The position numbers and the translations under genes are program-made. Positions 44,538 to 55,212 of a stretch of 64,000 bases of DNA are shown here, piece by piece. The DNA is taken from positions 62,929 through 126,928 of the forward strand of contig WBUG01000002.1 in assembly GCA_008933835.1 (NCBI GenBank), in the 5' to 3' direction. This DNA is from Bacteroidota bacterium. Lineage in GTDB: Bacteria > Bacteroidota > Ignavibacteria > UBA10030 > UBA8401. The first letter of the stretch is position 1. The number at the start of each line of letters is the position of its first letter. The notes below the pieces were generated by a model. It saw nothing but the letters and a program-made list of their open reading frames with translations. It had not been told where the DNA came from and searched no databases.

Positions 44538-47432
44538 ATGAAACGTTCGACGCCCGTCCCGGCAAGGGATCCCGAGGCCCTCATCGTCAAGGGGGCCCGG
44601 GAACACAACCTGAAGAACATCGACGTCGAGATCCCGCGGGACCGGCTGGTCGTCATCACCGGCCTCTCCGGTTCGGGGAAATCGTCCCTCGCGTTCGACA
44701 CCATCTACGCCGAAGGGCAGCGGCGGTACGTCGAATCGCTCTCGGCGTACGCCCGCCAGTTCCTCGGTCTGATGGAACGGCCGGACGTGGACCACATCGA
44801 AGGCCTCTCGCCCGCCATCTCCATCGAACAGAAGACCGTCAGCACCAATCCCCGCTCCACCGTCGGCACCGTCACCGAAGTGTACGATTTCCTCCGTCTG
44901 CTCTACGCCCGCGCCGGCACGCAGTTCTGCGTGGACTGCGGCACCGCCGTCCAGAAACAGAGCGTGGACCAGATCATCGACGCGGTGATGCGCATCCCCG
45001 CCGGCACCCGGGTACAGATCCTCGCTCCGGTGGTGAAGGGACGCAAGGGACATTACCGGGAACTGTTCGAGAAGATCGTGAAGGACGGGTTCCTGCGCGT
45101 GCGGGTGGACGGCGAAGTGAAGGAGATCGTGAAAGGGATGAAGGCGGACCGGTACAAGGTGCACGACATCGAGATCGTCATCGACCGCATCCAGATGAAG
45201 AAGGACATCCGGTCCCGGGTCGCGGACTCCGTCGAAGTGGCGCTCCAGTTCGGAGAGGGTGTGCTCATCGTGAACGACGGCGAAAAGGACATCCTCTTCA
45301 GCAAGGCGTACTCCTGTCCGACCTGCGGACGGAGCTACGAGGAGCCGGCGCCGAACTCCTTCTCCTTCAACACCACCTACGGCGCCTGTCCCTCCTGCGA
45401 GGGACTGGGCGAACGGAAACAGTTCGACCTTTCGCTCATCATACCGGACCTGTCCAAGTCCATCCAGGAGGAGGGGATCGCCCCGCTCGGCAAACCGCGC
45501 GCCACCTGGTTCTACAGCCAGGTGAGAGCGGTGCTGAAACGGCACAAGCTCGACCTCGCCGTGCCGATCCGTCAGTTCAGCAAGACGGCGCTCGATGAAC
45601 TGCTGTACGGGACGAAGGGAGAGAAGATCGAAGTGGAGTACACGTACGCCGGCGGCCGGACCACCACGTACAAGCACCGGTACGACGGCGTGATGTCGAT
45701 GCTGCAGGAGTACTACAACGACACCGCGTCGCTCAAGATCCGCGAATGGGTGGAAGGGTACATGAGCACCAAGGTGTGCGCCGAGTGCGGCGGAGGACGG
45801 CTCCGGAAGGAGAACCTCGCCATCCGACTCGTCGACGCCTCCACCGGAGAACGGCATTCCATCGCCGACGTCGTTCGCCGCTCGCTCTCCGACGCGCAGC
45901 GGTTCTTCGCCGGCATCGCCTTCGCGGAACGCCAGCAGGAGATCGCCCGCCCCATCCTGAAAGAGATCAATCAGCGGCTCGGGTTCATGGTCGACGTCGG
46001 CCTCGGCTACCTCACGCTGGACCGCGCGGCGCGCACCCTCTCCGGAGGCGAGGCGCAGCGCATCCGGCTGGCGACGCAGATCGGCACGCAGCTCGTCGGC
46101 GTGCTCTACATCCTGGACGAGCCGAGCATCGGACTGCATCAGCGCGACAACACCAAGCTCATCGCGTCGCTCAAGAAACTGCGCGACCTCGGCAACACCG
46201 TGCTGGTGGTGGAGCACGACAAGGAGATGATGGAGAGTTCGGACTTCATCGTGGACCTCGGGCCGGGGGCGGGGGAGCACGGCGGTATGCTCGTGGCCGC
46301 CGGTTCGCCGCGCGAGTTCAAGACCGGGCTCGTCAAGAGCGCCGGTGAACGTTCCTCCACCATCGCCTACCTGACCGGGACGAAACGCATTCCGGTCCCC
46401 GCGCAGCGACGCAAGGGGAACGGACGGCATCTCGTCCTCACCGGCGCGACGGGGAACAATCTGAAGCAGACGGACCTCCGCATCCCGCTCGGCACCATGA
46501 CCTGCGTGACGGGGGTGAGCGGCTCGGGGAAATCGACCCTCATCAACGAGACCCTCTATCCCATCCTTTCGCAGAAGTTCTATAAGACGAAGATCCCCGT
46601 CTATCCGTACCGCTCCGTCGACGGGGTCCAGCACATCGACAAGGTCATCGACATCGACCAGTCCCCCATCGGCCGCACGCCGCGTTCCAATCCCGCGACG
46701 TACACCGGACTCTTCACCTTCATCCGCGACCTGTTCGCCCAGCTCCCCGAATCGAAGATCCGCGGATACCGGCCGGGACGGTTCAGCTTCAACGTGAAGG
46801 GGGGACGGTGCGAGGCGTGCGAAGGGGACGGCGTGAAGAAGATCGAGATGAACTTCCTGCCGGACGTCTACGTGATGTGCGACGTCTGCCGCGGACGCCG
46901 GTACAACCGGGAGACGCTGGAGGTGCTCTACAAGGGGAAGTCCATCGCCGACGTCCTGGACATGACGGTGGAGGAGGCGCTCAGCTTCTTTTCGGAACTT
47001 CCGGCGATGCAGCGGAAGGTGCAGACGCTCTACGATGTGGGGCTCGGATACATCCACCTCGGACAGCAGGCCACGACCCTCTCCGGGGGCGAGGCGCAGC
47101 GCGTGAAGCTCTCCACCGAGCTCTCCAAGGTCGGCACCGGGAACACGCTCTACATCCTCGACGAGCCGACCACCGGTCTCCACTTCGACGACGTCCGGAT
47201 GCTGCTCGATGTGCTGAACAAGCTGGTCGATAAAGGGAACACCGTCGTCATCATCGAACACAACCTCGACGTCATCAAGACGGCGGACTGGCTCGTCGAC
47301 CTCGGACCGGAAGGAGGGGACGCCGGAGGACGCATCATCGCTGAAGGGACTCCGGAAAGCGTGGCGTCGGTCCGCGAGTCGTACACCGGCCGGTACCTTG
47401 TGCCGGAACTGAAGGCCGGGAACGCCCGATGA
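44538..47432 (+). CDS. uvrA: excinuclease ABC subunit A
   Basis: 964 aa with two ABC ATPase modules ([23 protein letters not shown]; [11 protein letters not shown]), zinc-finger CxxC pairs and LSGGEAQR signatures. Confidence 0.95.
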   Translation: MKRSTPVPARDPEALIVKGAREHNLKNIDVEIPRDRLVVITGLSGSGKSSLAFDTIYAEGQRRYVESLSAYARQFLGLMERPDVDHIEGLSPAISIEQKTVSTNPRSTVGTVTEVYDFLRLLYARAGTQFCVDCGTAVQKQSVDQIIDAVMRIPAGTRVQILAPVVKGRKGHYRELFEKIVKDGFLRVRVDGEVKEIVKGMKADRYKVHDIEIVIDRIQMKKDIRSRVADSVEVALQFGEGVLIVNDGEKDILFSKAYSCPTCGRSYEEPAPNSFSFNTTYGACPSCEGLGERKQFDLSLIIPDLSKSIQEEGIAPLGKPRATWFYSQVRAVLKRHKLDLAVPIRQFSKTALDELLYGTKGEKIEVEYTYAGGRTTTYKHRYDGVMSMLQEYYNDTASLKIREWVEGYMSTKVCAECGGGRLRKENLAIRLVDASTGERHSIADVVRRSLSDAQRFFAGIAFAERQQEIARPILKEINQRLGFMVDVGLGYLTLDRAARTLSGGEAQRIRLATQIGTQLVGVLYILDEPSIGLHQRDNTKLIASLKKLRDLGNTVLVVEHDKEMMESSDFIVDLGPGAGEHGGMLVAAGSPREFKTGLVKSAGERSSTIAYLTGTKRIPVPAQRRKGNGRHLVLTGATGNNLKQTDLRIPLGTMTCVTGVSGSGKSTLINETLYPILSQKFYKTKIPVYPYRSVDGVQHIDKVIDIDQSPIGRTPRSNPATYTGLFTFIRDLFAQLPESKIRGYRPGRFSFNVKGGRCEACEGDGVKKIEMNFLPDVYVMCDVCRGRRYNRETLEVLYKGKSIADVLDMTVEEALSFFSELPAMQRKVQTLYDVGLGYIHLGQQATTLSGGEAQRVKLSTELSKVGTGNTLYILDEPTTGLHFDDVRMLLDVLNKLVDKGNTVVIIEHNLDVIKTADWLVDLGPEGGDAGGRIIAEGTPESVASVRESYTGRYLVPELKAGNAR

Positions 47433-48070
47433 AGAGCATCAGCTGCCGTCGTTCGGCATTGAACGGCATCGACCGTGCCGACCTCTCCTTCATCATGGGA
47501 TTGACAGGGCTGGAGGGCCTATCGTTCAATGACGGCCGTCCGGTCCCGGAAACCATTCGTACCGAAGCGGGCCTGCAATGGAACGACCGGGGTCTCCTGG
47601 CGTTCTTCCGCGGCCGTTTCATCACGCTGCGGGGTGAAACCATTCTCCCGCCGGGCGTGTTGGAACAGAAAACGAAACACCTGTGGGAGAAGAGCGATGT
47701 GTTCGAGCTCTTCGTCGGTCCCGGCGCGGCGGAGAGCCGGATGTATAAGGAGTTTCAGGTCGCGCCGAACGGCGAGTGGATCGACATCGACGTCTTCCTC
47801 GCGCTCGGCACATCGAACCACGATTGGTACTCCGGATGCGCCATGCGTTCCTTCGTGGACGAAGGGGAGCGGAGATGGTGCGCGGTCATGGAACTGCCCT
47901 GGACCTGTTTCGGGGCACGGCCGGAGACGGAGCGTCCGTGGTACGTCAATTTCTACCGCGCATCGGGTGCGTTCCACGGGGACGAACTGCTCGCGTGGTC
48001 ACCCGTCGGCACCGGTCCCAAATGCTTCCACCGTCCGGAACATTTCGGCCGGATAGAATTCATCGAATGA
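47429..48070 (+). CDS. carbohydrate-binding family 9-like domain protein, hypothetical
   Basis: The start overlaps the uvrA stop. The YKEFQVAPNGEWIDIDV pattern resembles CBM9/DOMON-like folds. Assignment is weak. Confidence 0.45.
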   Translation: MKSISCRRSALNGIDRADLSFIMGLTGLEGLSFNDGRPVPETIRTEAGLQWNDRGLLAFFRGRFITLRGETILPPGVLEQKTKHLWEKSDVFELFVGPGAAESRMYKEFQVAPNGEWIDIDVFLALGTSNHDWYSGCAMRSFVDEGERRWCAVMELPWTCFGARPETERPWYVNFYRASGAFHGDELLAWSPVGTGPKCFHRPEHFGRIEFIE

Positions 48071-48071
48071 C

Positions 48072-48683
48072 GTGAACACCGCACTTCGGCATATCATCAT
48101 CCTCGTCGCCGTCTTGCCGGCGCTGGCGGCCGGTCAGGACAGCACCGCCGTGCAGGAGAGCACGTTCGGCCAGGATGTGGCGCTCTATACCATGACCGGT
48201 ATCATCGTTCCGATGGCGCTCGCCGGAACGGTGGTCAGCGTCCTCCCGCCGAGCGTCGGCACGGTGGTGCGGAACGGTACGGCGTACGGTGCGCTGAGCG
48301 TGGAGACGGGGTACGGAGACGGGGCGATGCGGGAGACGGGAGAGTTCACGGACTACCGGGTGTCGCTGACGTATACGCACGTCTTCCATTCAAAAGTGCG
48401 CGACCTGTACCGGCTGGAGTACAAACGGGATTTCCATTTCGACTTCGCGGACCGGCGGAAGATCTTCCTCGGCGGGTTCCACGTGAGCGGGGGATTGATG
48501 ACCGACCTGCCGAACCATGGATACACGGTCGGTGCGGGAGCGTGGTTCAAATCCCCCTGGCTTCCGTTCTTCGGATTCTTCCCCTCGCACACGTACGGTA
48601 TCACGTACCGCTACAACCGGTACTTCGCCGGTACGGCGTTCCACGAACTCTCGCTCGGCGTCACCTCGGCCTTCACGTTCTAG
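48072..48683 (+). CDS. secreted hypothetical protein (possible small beta-barrel)
   Basis: Signal peptide MNTALRHIIILVAVLPALAAGQ, ending VTSAFTF. Confidence 0.45.
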   Translation: MNTALRHIIILVAVLPALAAGQDSTAVQESTFGQDVALYTMTGIIVPMALAGTVVSVLPPSVGTVVRNGTAYGALSVETGYGDGAMRETGEFTDYRVSLTYTHVFHSKVRDLYRLEYKRDFHFDFADRRKIFLGGFHVSGGLMTDLPNHGYTVGAGAWFKSPWLPFFGFFPSHTYGITYRYNRYFAGTAFHELSLGVTSAFTF

Positions 48684-49257
48684 AGACGAACGGATTCCCC
48701 TGCACGTAGAACCGCCACCGTTTCTCCGTCGCGACGCGGATGCCGATGCGGCCGGAGCGTCCCACCAACCGGTCCGGCACCGGGACCCCCTCTTCGATGG
48801 TCACATGCCCGCGACGGAGGTCCGCGCCGTTCTGTGCGAGCGTGAGACCGAACGCCTGCGCCAGCTTTGCGGGACCGTTCGTGAGCGACTCCACCGGCAT
48901 TCCCCGATTCCACCCTCGCCGCCGTTTCATCACCGCCACTCCCCGCGACGGTTCCACCGCACGGATGAGCACCGCTTCGCCGATCCCTTCGCGCTGTGTG
49001 ACGACGTTGATGCAGTGGTGCATCCCGTACGTGAAATAGACGTAGAGCCGCCCCGGAGGTCCGAACATCACGTCGTTCCGGCGGGTCCTGCCGCGGAAGG
49101 AATGGCTCGCCGGGTCGTTCCGGAGGTACGCTTCGGTCTCGACGATGATGCCGGACAACGTTCCGGAACGGGTCCGGCACACCAGTGTTTTACCAAGCAA
49201 ATGTCTGGCCGTCCGGAGCGTGGTCCCGCTGAGCAGGGAGGGGGAGAATGCCGGCAT
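48673..49257 (-). CDS. mpg: DNA-3-methyladenine glycosylase (Mpg/AAG family)
   Basis: LLGKTLVCRTRSGTLSGIIVETEAYLRNDPASHSFRGRTRRNDVMFGPPGRLYVYFTYGMHHCINVV. Confidence 0.88.
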   Translation of the reverse strand: MPAFSPSLLSGTTLRTARHLLGKTLVCRTRSGTLSGIIVETEAYLRNDPASHSFRGRTRRNDVMFGPPGRLYVYFTYGMHHCINVVTQREGIGEAVLIRAVEPSRGVAVMKRRRGWNRGMPVESLTNGPAKLAQAFGLTLAQNGADLRRGHVTIEEGVPVPDRLVGRSGRIGIRVATEKRWRFYVQGNPFVSRT

Positions 49258-49265
49258 GCGATGCG

Positions 49266-50309
49266 TCAGGAGAAGAGGCCGGATTGTGAGGAGGATGGTC
49301 GCGCCAATCGGAAATGCGTATAGGCGAGAGGGGTCGCCTCCCGTCCGCGGGGGGTCCGCTGGATGAATCCTTCCTGAATGAGGTACGGTTCGTACACCTC
49401 TTCGATGGTCCCCGCTTCTTCCCCCACCGCCACCGCGAGCGTGTTGATGCCGACCGGTCCGCCGGAATACTTGTCGATGATGGTGCGCAGGATGCGTTTG
49501 TCCATCTCATCGAGTCCGTGTTCGTCCACTTCCAGCGCCTTCAGGGCGTGCCGCGCCACGTCGTGGGTGATCACTCCTTTGTGGCGTGCCAGGCTCGCGT
49601 CCGCTTCGGCGAAATCGCGGCACCGTTTCAGCAGCCGGTTGGCGATGCGGGGGGTGCCGCGCGAACGTTTGGCGATCTCCTTCGCCCCTTCGGTGTCCAC
49701 CTCGATGCCGAGGATGTGGGCGGAGCGGACGATGATGGTGAAGAGCACCTCCGGCGTGTAGTAGTCCAGCCGGTTGGTGATGCCGAACCGCGCGCGCAGC
49801 GGCGCCGTGAGCAGGCCGGCGCGGGTCGTGGCGCCGACCAGGGTGAACGGGGGGAGGGAGAGCTGCACCGAACGGGCGCTCGGTCCGCTGTCGATCATGA
49901 TGTCCAGACGGAAGTCCTCCATCGCCGAGTACAGGTACTCCTCCACCACGGCGTTGATGCGGTGGATCTCGTCGATGAAGAGGACGTCCCCCGCTTTCAG
50001 GTTCGTGAGGATGCCGGCCAGGTCCGCGGGCTTGTCGAGCACGGGACCGGAGGTGATCTTGATGTCGCTCCGCATCTCGTTGGCGATGATGAACGAGAGG
50101 GTGGTCTTGCCCAGTCCCGGCGGCCCGGTCAGCAGCACATGGTCGAGCGATTCCCCCCGTTTGCGGGCGGCGGCGATGAAGATGCGGAGGTTGTCCACGA
50201 TCTTCGGCTGGCCGGCGAACTCTTCGAAGCCGGCGGGACGGAGCCGCTGTTCGAACTCCCGTTCTCCTCCCGCGGCGCCGGCGTCGGTCGTGTCGTTCCG
50301 TTTCTTCAT
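49266..50309 (-). CDS. ruvB: Holliday junction branch migration DNA helicase RuvB
   Basis: An internal start (MKKRND..) is chosen. [44 protein letters not shown]. The track ORF upstream extension overlaps obg and is rejected. Confidence 0.9.
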   Translation of the reverse strand: MKKRNDTTDAGAAGGEREFEQRLRPAGFEEFAGQPKIVDNLRIFIAAARKRGESLDHVLLTGPPGLGKTTLSFIIANEMRSDIKITSGPVLDKPADLAGILTNLKAGDVLFIDEIHRINAVVEEYLYSAMEDFRLDIMIDSGPSARSVQLSLPPFTLVGATTRAGLLTAPLRARFGITNRLDYYTPEVLFTIIVRSAHILGIEVDTEGAKEIAKRSRGTPRIANRLLKRCRDFAEADASLARHKGVITHDVARHALKALEVDEHGLDEMDKRILRTIIDKYSGGPVGINTLAVAVGEEAGTIEEVYEPYLIQEGFIQRTPRGREATPLAYTHFRLARPSSSQSGLFS

Positions 50310-51295
50310 TCGTCGCGTCCGATGGTCTTCCAGAGGGTTTCGACCAGTTCCGGCAATCCGTCCCTCGTGGCGGCGGAGATGCGGAGCAGGGGATACTTCT
50401 TCGGCAGGTCGAGCTTCTTCAGCGAACGCTTCACCGCGTCGTCCGCGATGTCCATCTTCGTCAGGATGATGACGCTCTTCTTCTTCGGCAGTTCGGGATT
50501 GAACTCCTTCAGTTCCTTCTGCAGCACCCTGAAGTCCCGCTTGATGTCGTCGCTCGTGCAGTCGATGAGGTACGCCAGCACCCTGGTCCGTTCGATGTGG
50601 CGGAGGAACTGGATGCCGAGCCCCTTCCCCTCGTGCGCCCCTTCGATGAGGCCGGGAATGTCCGCCACGACGAAGCTCTTCTCCTCCTGGAAGTACACCA
50701 TGCCGAGGTTCGGAACGAGCGTCGTGAAGGGATAGTCCGCGATCTTCGGTTTGGCCGCGGAGATGGAGGAGATGAGGGTGGACTTCCCGGCGTTGGGGAA
50801 GCCGACCAGTCCCACGTCGGCCAGCAGTTTCAGTTCGAGCTCCAGCCAGTGCTCTTCGCCCGGTTCTCCCGGCGTGCAGACCCGCGGCGCCTGATTGGTG
50901 GGGGAGCGGAAGACCCAATTCCCTTTCCCGCCTTTGCCCCCCTTGGCAATGATGAACTCGTCGCCGTCCTGCACCATGTCCGCCACCAGTTCCCCTGTCT
51001 CCGCGTCGCGGACGAGCGTGCCGGCGGGCACCTTCACGACGATGGGCTGCGCGGAGCGCCCTTCCTTGTTCGATCCTTCGCCGGGATTCCCCGGCTTGGC
51101 GATGAACTTTTTGGTGTAGCGGAAATCGAGCAGCGTGTTGAGCTGCTTGTCGGCGCGGAGGATCACGTCGCCTCCCCGTCCGCCGTTGCCGCCGTCCGGT
51201 CCCCCTTTCGGGATGAACTTCTCGCGGCGCCAGTGGATGATGCCGTCGCCCCCTTTGCCGGATTGCACGAAGATCTTTGCAGAATCAATGAACAT
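50306..51295 (-). CDS. obg: GTPase Obg/CgtA
   Basis: [44 protein letters not shown], then G-domain GFPNAGKST. Confidence 0.92.
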   Translation of the reverse strand: MFIDSAKIFVQSGKGGDGIIHWRREKFIPKGGPDGGNGGRGGDVILRADKQLNTLLDFRYTKKFIAKPGNPGEGSNKEGRSAQPIVVKVPAGTLVRDAETGELVADMVQDGDEFIIAKGGKGGKGNWVFRSPTNQAPRVCTPGEPGEEHWLELELKLLADVGLVGFPNAGKSTLISSISAAKPKIADYPFTTLVPNLGMVYFQEEKSFVVADIPGLIEGAHEGKGLGIQFLRHIERTRVLAYLIDCTSDDIKRDFRVLQKELKEFNPELPKKKSVIILTKMDIADDAVKRSLKKLDLPKKYPLLRISAATRDGLPELVETLWKTIGRDE

Positions 51296-51343
51296 AGTGT
51301 CGGTGCGGAGCGCGGAGAACGCCCTCCGGATTGGTGGTCCGGC

Positions 51344-52450
51344 TCACGGCCGGTCGTCGCGGTTCGTGAAATGGGACTGCAGCGCGTTGGTGAGCATGAT
51401 GGCCTCGCGCGTGAACGGATCGATGCTGCGGGAGGAGAAGAAGTGGTCCAGTTCCGCTCCGGCCTCGTCCCATCCCGCCGCGTCCGTGACGGTGCTGATG
51501 AGGCCGGCGTAGGCCGATTCCTGTCCGCCGAAGAGAGCGGAGACGATGGCGACACGCTCCCGCTCCGGAAGGAGAAGGGTCGGGAAACGTTTGGAGCCCG
51601 CTTCCGCCGCCGGCTGGGACTCCTCTTCCACATACCATCCCTTTTTGACGAAGGACGATGTGAGCGTCGCGGTCAGTTCGTCGAACTGGAGCGACGTGCG
51701 TCCCTGGTCCCGCAGTTTGAGCAGATGCTCCGCGACGGAACGGACCCCCTTGTCTTCGAAAAAGTAGGAGAGCGCTTTGGCGGGGATGCCGCCGGCTTCG
51801 TTGTTCGCCGAGTTCCGGTGAATGTAATGCACGAAGGAGAAGAACGGTTCCGTCATCCGCGCCAGGTCGGCGGCGGAACTGTCCCGCACGATCTCGCGGT
51901 CGATCTTCCGCAGCAGTTCCACCGCTTCGTCCTTCGACAGGGACTCCTTCCCTTTGGATGCGAGATATTTTTCGATGATGGTCCAATAATAGCGGTAGTC
52001 GGCACAGTAGCGGAACCGGTATTCCAGGTCCCTGGCGGACATCACGGCCCGTTCCTCGAACAGGAATTGTTCCAGCGTCCAGACAGGCCGGCAGAGGTAG
52101 TTGAAGAGGAAATGGGCCGCTTTCTCACCCGCCTCCTGGAACTCGCTCTGTCCGTAATTGTAATGGTACACCAGCAGCATGTCGGTCTGCTCCTGCAGCA
52201 GCCGCACATCCTCCTGCGCGTAATTGAATCGCGATTCTTTCGGACCGGTCCGCCGCTCCTGGTACAGCATCCATTCGACCTCCCCCTTGAAGAAACTTTT
52301 TACGCTGGTCGGGATGTTTGACTCAAGGATGGACTTCAGGGAGATGGATTGGGCGTTCCCGATCGTCTTCGCTCGCACGATTCGCTGAAGATTCTCCAAT
52401 TCCAGTTCAAACATCGTCGGTCGGGATTTCGGTGGATGATGGGTGTCCAA
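51344..52450 (-). CDS. hypothetical protein
   Basis: A 368-aa ORF with a coding-like GC3 pattern. No recognisable motifs; the start could be the downstream Met (MFELELENL). Confidence 0.5.
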   Translation of the reverse strand: MDTHHPPKSRPTMFELELENLQRIVRAKTIGNAQSISLKSILESNIPTSVKSFFKGEVEWMLYQERRTGPKESRFNYAQEDVRLLQEQTDMLLVYHYNYGQSEFQEAGEKAAHFLFNYLCRPVWTLEQFLFEERAVMSARDLEYRFRYCADYRYYWTIIEKYLASKGKESLSKDEAVELLRKIDREIVRDSSAADLARMTEPFFSFVHYIHRNSANNEAGGIPAKALSYFFEDKGVRSVAEHLLKLRDQGRTSLQFDELTATLTSSFVKKGWYVEEESQPAAEAGSKRFPTLLLPERERVAIVSALFGGQESAYAGLISTVTDAAGWDEAGAELDHFFSSRSIDPFTREAIMLTNALQSHFTNRDDRP

Positions 52451-52493
52451 GGAATATACGGTAAATATCTCACATTTCTGAAAGGAATAACCG

Positions 52494-52844
52494 ATGCACC
52501 TCCTTCTCTACACGCTGCACGTCGGCGGGATGGCGTTGCTGCTCGTCTCCGCGTTCCTGGTGATGAAGGAGCGCAACACGGCATCACCGCCGTTCCGCTG
52601 GTCCGTCATCATGATGTCCGCGGCGCATACGCAGATCCTGACCGGATTCATCCTCTTCTTCATGCTGCTGACGGAATTGAATCACATGAAGGTGGGGATC
52701 AAAATGTTGCTGGCCATTTCGCTGGCGCTCTTCGCCACATTGCATCACCGCGCGCTCAAGAAGGGGGTGACACCGGCACGATGGTTCATGCCCGTGATCA
52801 TTGCACTCGGAATCACGATAACGGCTATCGCATTTCTTGTGTAG
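52494..52844 (+). CDS. small integral membrane protein, hypothetical
   Basis: Four hydrophobic helices in 116 aa, followed by a clean terminator. Confidence 0.5.
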   Translation: MHLLLYTLHVGGMALLLVSAFLVMKERNTASPPFRWSVIMMSAAHTQILTGFILFFMLLTELNHMKVGIKMLLAISLALFATLHHRALKKGVTPARWFMPVIIALGITITAIAFLV

Positions 52845-52879
52845 AAAAATAAACCGGAATATCGACAATCTTCCTTCCA

Positions 52880-52902
52880 CCCCGATTCCATCGGGGTTTT
52901 TT
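52880..52902 (+). terminator. Rho-independent terminator
   Basis: A ccccgat-tcc-atcgggg stem-loop followed by T6. Confidence 0.7.
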
Positions 52903-53040
52903 ATTTGATAGAGTTGAAATCCTCTAAAAACATTAGAAATTATGTCGATTTCACGAAAACAGAAAACCCTATAAAACTTGGCGTATTATTTGTTGTAACG
53001 ATAAAAGCCTTGATTTTATTATGCAATTTTGTTTTTTCAT

Positions 53041-53068
53041 TTGACATGATGTTGAAAAATCATATATT
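53041..53068 (+). promoter_or_regulatory. sigma70-like promoter upstream of HU genes (TTGACA-N16-TATATT) in AT-rich island
   Basis: Read directly from the sequence. About 280 nt of AT-rich DNA precedes the HU genes. Confidence 0.35.
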
Positions 53069-53132
53069 TACACAGGTTGTTTTAGAGCATCGCTGTAATT
53101 CACTATCCATTCACCCTTAAAAGGAGTCCACC

Positions 53133-53423
53133 ATGGGAAAGGCAATGACGAAATCCCAGATCGCTGCCCACTTTGCCAATAAATTCGGGCTGAAGAAGAA
53201 AGTGGCGAATGAGTTCTTCGTCGAACTGGCGAATCTCGCGTACAAGGAAGCGGCGAACCAGTTCACATTCCCCGGCATCGGGAAATTGGTGCTTGTGGAC
53301 CGTAAAGCGCGTATCGGACGCAATCCTGCCACCGGCGAGACCATTCAGATCCCCGCGAAGAAGGTGGTGAAGTTCAAGGTCGCGAAGGCCGCGAAGCAGG
53401 AAATTCTCAAGAAATTCATCTGA
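53133..53423 (+). CDS. hup: HU family DNA-binding protein
   Basis: MGKAMTKSQIAAHFANKFGLKKK...RNPATGETIQIPAKKVVKFKVAKAAK; RBS aaaaggag. Confidence 0.9.
   Translation: MGKAMTKSQIAAHFANKFGLKKKVANEFFVELANLAYKEAANQFTFPGIGKLVLVDRKARIGRNPATGETIQIPAKKVVKFKVAKAAKQEILKKFI
53329..53377 (+). repeat. 49-nt tract identical to 53654..53702 (shared C-terminal coding segment of the two HU genes)
   Basis: Direct comparison of the two gene sequences. The flanking sequences are clearly diverged. Confidence 0.7.
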
Positions 53424-53457
53424 TATCCATTCACCACTCTATCAATAGGAGTCCTTC

Positions 53458-53745
53458 ATGGGAAAATCGATGACGAAATCGCAGATCGCGAGCCACTTCG
53501 CCGACAAGTTCGAGCTGAAAAAGAAGGTCGTGGTCCAGATCTTTGAAGAACTGGCCGCTTTATCGTACAAGGAAGCCCCGAACCAGTTCACCATCCCCGG
53601 CGTCGGCAAGCTGGTTCTGGTCCAGAGAAAAGCACGCCAGGGCCGCAATCCCGCCACCGGCGAGACCATTCAGATCCCCGCGAAGAAGGTGGTGAAGTTC
53701 AAAGTCGCGAAAGCGGCGAAGGATGCCATCCTCGCGAAGAAGTAA
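53458..53745 (+). CDS. hup: HU family DNA-binding protein (tandem paralog)
   Basis: MGKSMTKSQIASHFADKFELKKK...RNPATGETIQIPAKKVVKFKVAKAAK; RBS ataggag. Confidence 0.9.
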   Translation: MGKSMTKSQIASHFADKFELKKKVVVQIFEELAALSYKEAPNQFTIPGVGKLVLVQRKARQGRNPATGETIQIPAKKVVKFKVAKAAKDAILAKK

Positions 53746-53768
53746 CACTGCGCATACCCGTGCGAAAA

Positions 53769-53797
53769 GTCCATCCGAACGGATGGACTTTTTTTTT
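53769..53797 (+). terminator. Rho-independent terminator after second HU gene
   Basis: A gtccatccg-aac-ggatggac stem-loop followed by T9. Confidence 0.75.
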
Positions 53798-53876
53798 CAT
53801 GGAATCCGTCCGGATTTAGTATATTTCAGTCACATCACACCCTCACCATCCATCAAGAACTCAATTTCGGCTCATC

Positions 53877-55040
53877 ATGATACGTTATCTTACCGCCGGC
53901 GAATCGCATGGACAGGCGCTCGTCGGCATCGTTGAAGGCATCCCCGCCGGAGTTCCTCTTACGGCCGCCTACATCGATCATCAATTGTGGAGACGTCAGC
54001 AGGGGTACGGGAGAGGGGGTCGGATGCGCATCGAATCCGACACGGTGGAGATCCTCTCCGGTGTCCGGTTCGGACGGACGCTCGGTTCGCCGGTCGCATT
54101 GATGGTGCGGAACAGGGATTGGCAGAACTGGACGGAAAAGATGGCGGTGGAGGGGAATGGAAAAGGGATCGAAAAGATAACGCTGCCGCGACCCGGCCAT
54201 GCCGATTATGTCGGAGCGCTGAAGTACGGTTTCGATGACATCCGGAACGTCATCGACAGGGCGAGCGCTCGTGAGACCGCCATGCGGGTGGCATGCGCCA
54301 GTGTGGTCCGCCGTCTTCTGGAAGAAATCGGCATTACCATCGGATCCCATGTCACCTCCATCGGGAAAGTGACACTGGCGGACCGCCGTGCGGTGGACAC
54401 GCTCATCCGGAAGTGCTCTCCAGACATGACGGACATCGCTGATGCCGCGGACGCCTCAGAGGTTCGGATGCTGGAACGGGCCGCGGAAGCGAAGGCCATC
54501 AACATCATTAAATCGTGCAAAAAGAAGGGTGATACGCTCGGCGGAACCTTCGAGGTCCTTGTCGGCGGTGTTCCGGCGGGTTTGGGAAGCTACGTGCAGT
54601 ACGACCGCAAACTCGACGGTCAGCTCGCGGCCGCGGTCATGTCCATCCATGCCGTGAAAGGGGTTGAGATCGGCGATGGTTTCGCGAATTCCGGACGATA
54701 CGGCTCGGAGGTGCATGACGAGCTGCTGGCGAAACGCGGTGTAGTCACCCGTCCCACGAACCGTGCCGGGGGAATGGAAGGGGGGGTGACGAACGGAGAA
54801 CTCCTCGTCATCCGCGGCGCGATGAAACCGATCGCCACACTGGCGCATCCGCTCCGTACGGTCGACATCCGGTCGAAAAAGACCGCCCGCTCCCGCTATG
54901 AACGGTCCGACGTCTGCGCTGTACCCGCCTGTTCGGTCATCGCCGAGGCGGCCGTCGCGCCGGTCATCGCGAACGCTTTCCTGGAGAAATACGGCGGCGA
55001 TTCGCTGCGGGAGGTCTCCGCGCGGTTCAAGCGGCGGTGA
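53877..55040 (+). CDS. aroC: chorismate synthase
   Basis: MIRYLTAGESHGQALVGIVEGIPAGVPL...RQQGYGRGGRMRIESD. Confidence 0.93.
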   Translation: MIRYLTAGESHGQALVGIVEGIPAGVPLTAAYIDHQLWRRQQGYGRGGRMRIESDTVEILSGVRFGRTLGSPVALMVRNRDWQNWTEKMAVEGNGKGIEKITLPRPGHADYVGALKYGFDDIRNVIDRASARETAMRVACASVVRRLLEEIGITIGSHVTSIGKVTLADRRAVDTLIRKCSPDMTDIADAADASEVRMLERAAEAKAINIIKSCKKKGDTLGGTFEVLVGGVPAGLGSYVQYDRKLDGQLAAAVMSIHAVKGVEIGDGFANSGRYGSEVHDELLAKRGVVTRPTNRAGGMEGGVTNGELLVIRGAMKPIATLAHPLRTVDIRSKKTARSRYERSDVCAVPACSVIAEAAVAPVIANAFLEKYGGDSLREVSARFKRR

Positions 55041-55212
55041 AAGCGGTTCCGGTAAATTGATATTCACCACCGCCGTTCGTATATTTCATTGGAATTTCAT
55101 GCAAGGCCGGATGTCTCTCAAAGTATCGCTCGAGGGTATCCGGCAAAGTGGTTTTCCGGTATCATGAAAGGATGCCGAACAGCGGTTCCGGTCCGAACCG
55201 GGACCAGGGAGG

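Noticed and set aside
55150-55180. tRNA-like GGTCCGAACC segment in aroC-HNH intergenic region; a general scan of all intergenic gaps over 75 nt for tRNAs
   Set aside because: There is no cloverleaf-compatible arrangement, the T-loop consensus (GGTTCRANYC) is not matched, and the gaps are too short or AT-rich. No tRNA or rRNA genes are called.
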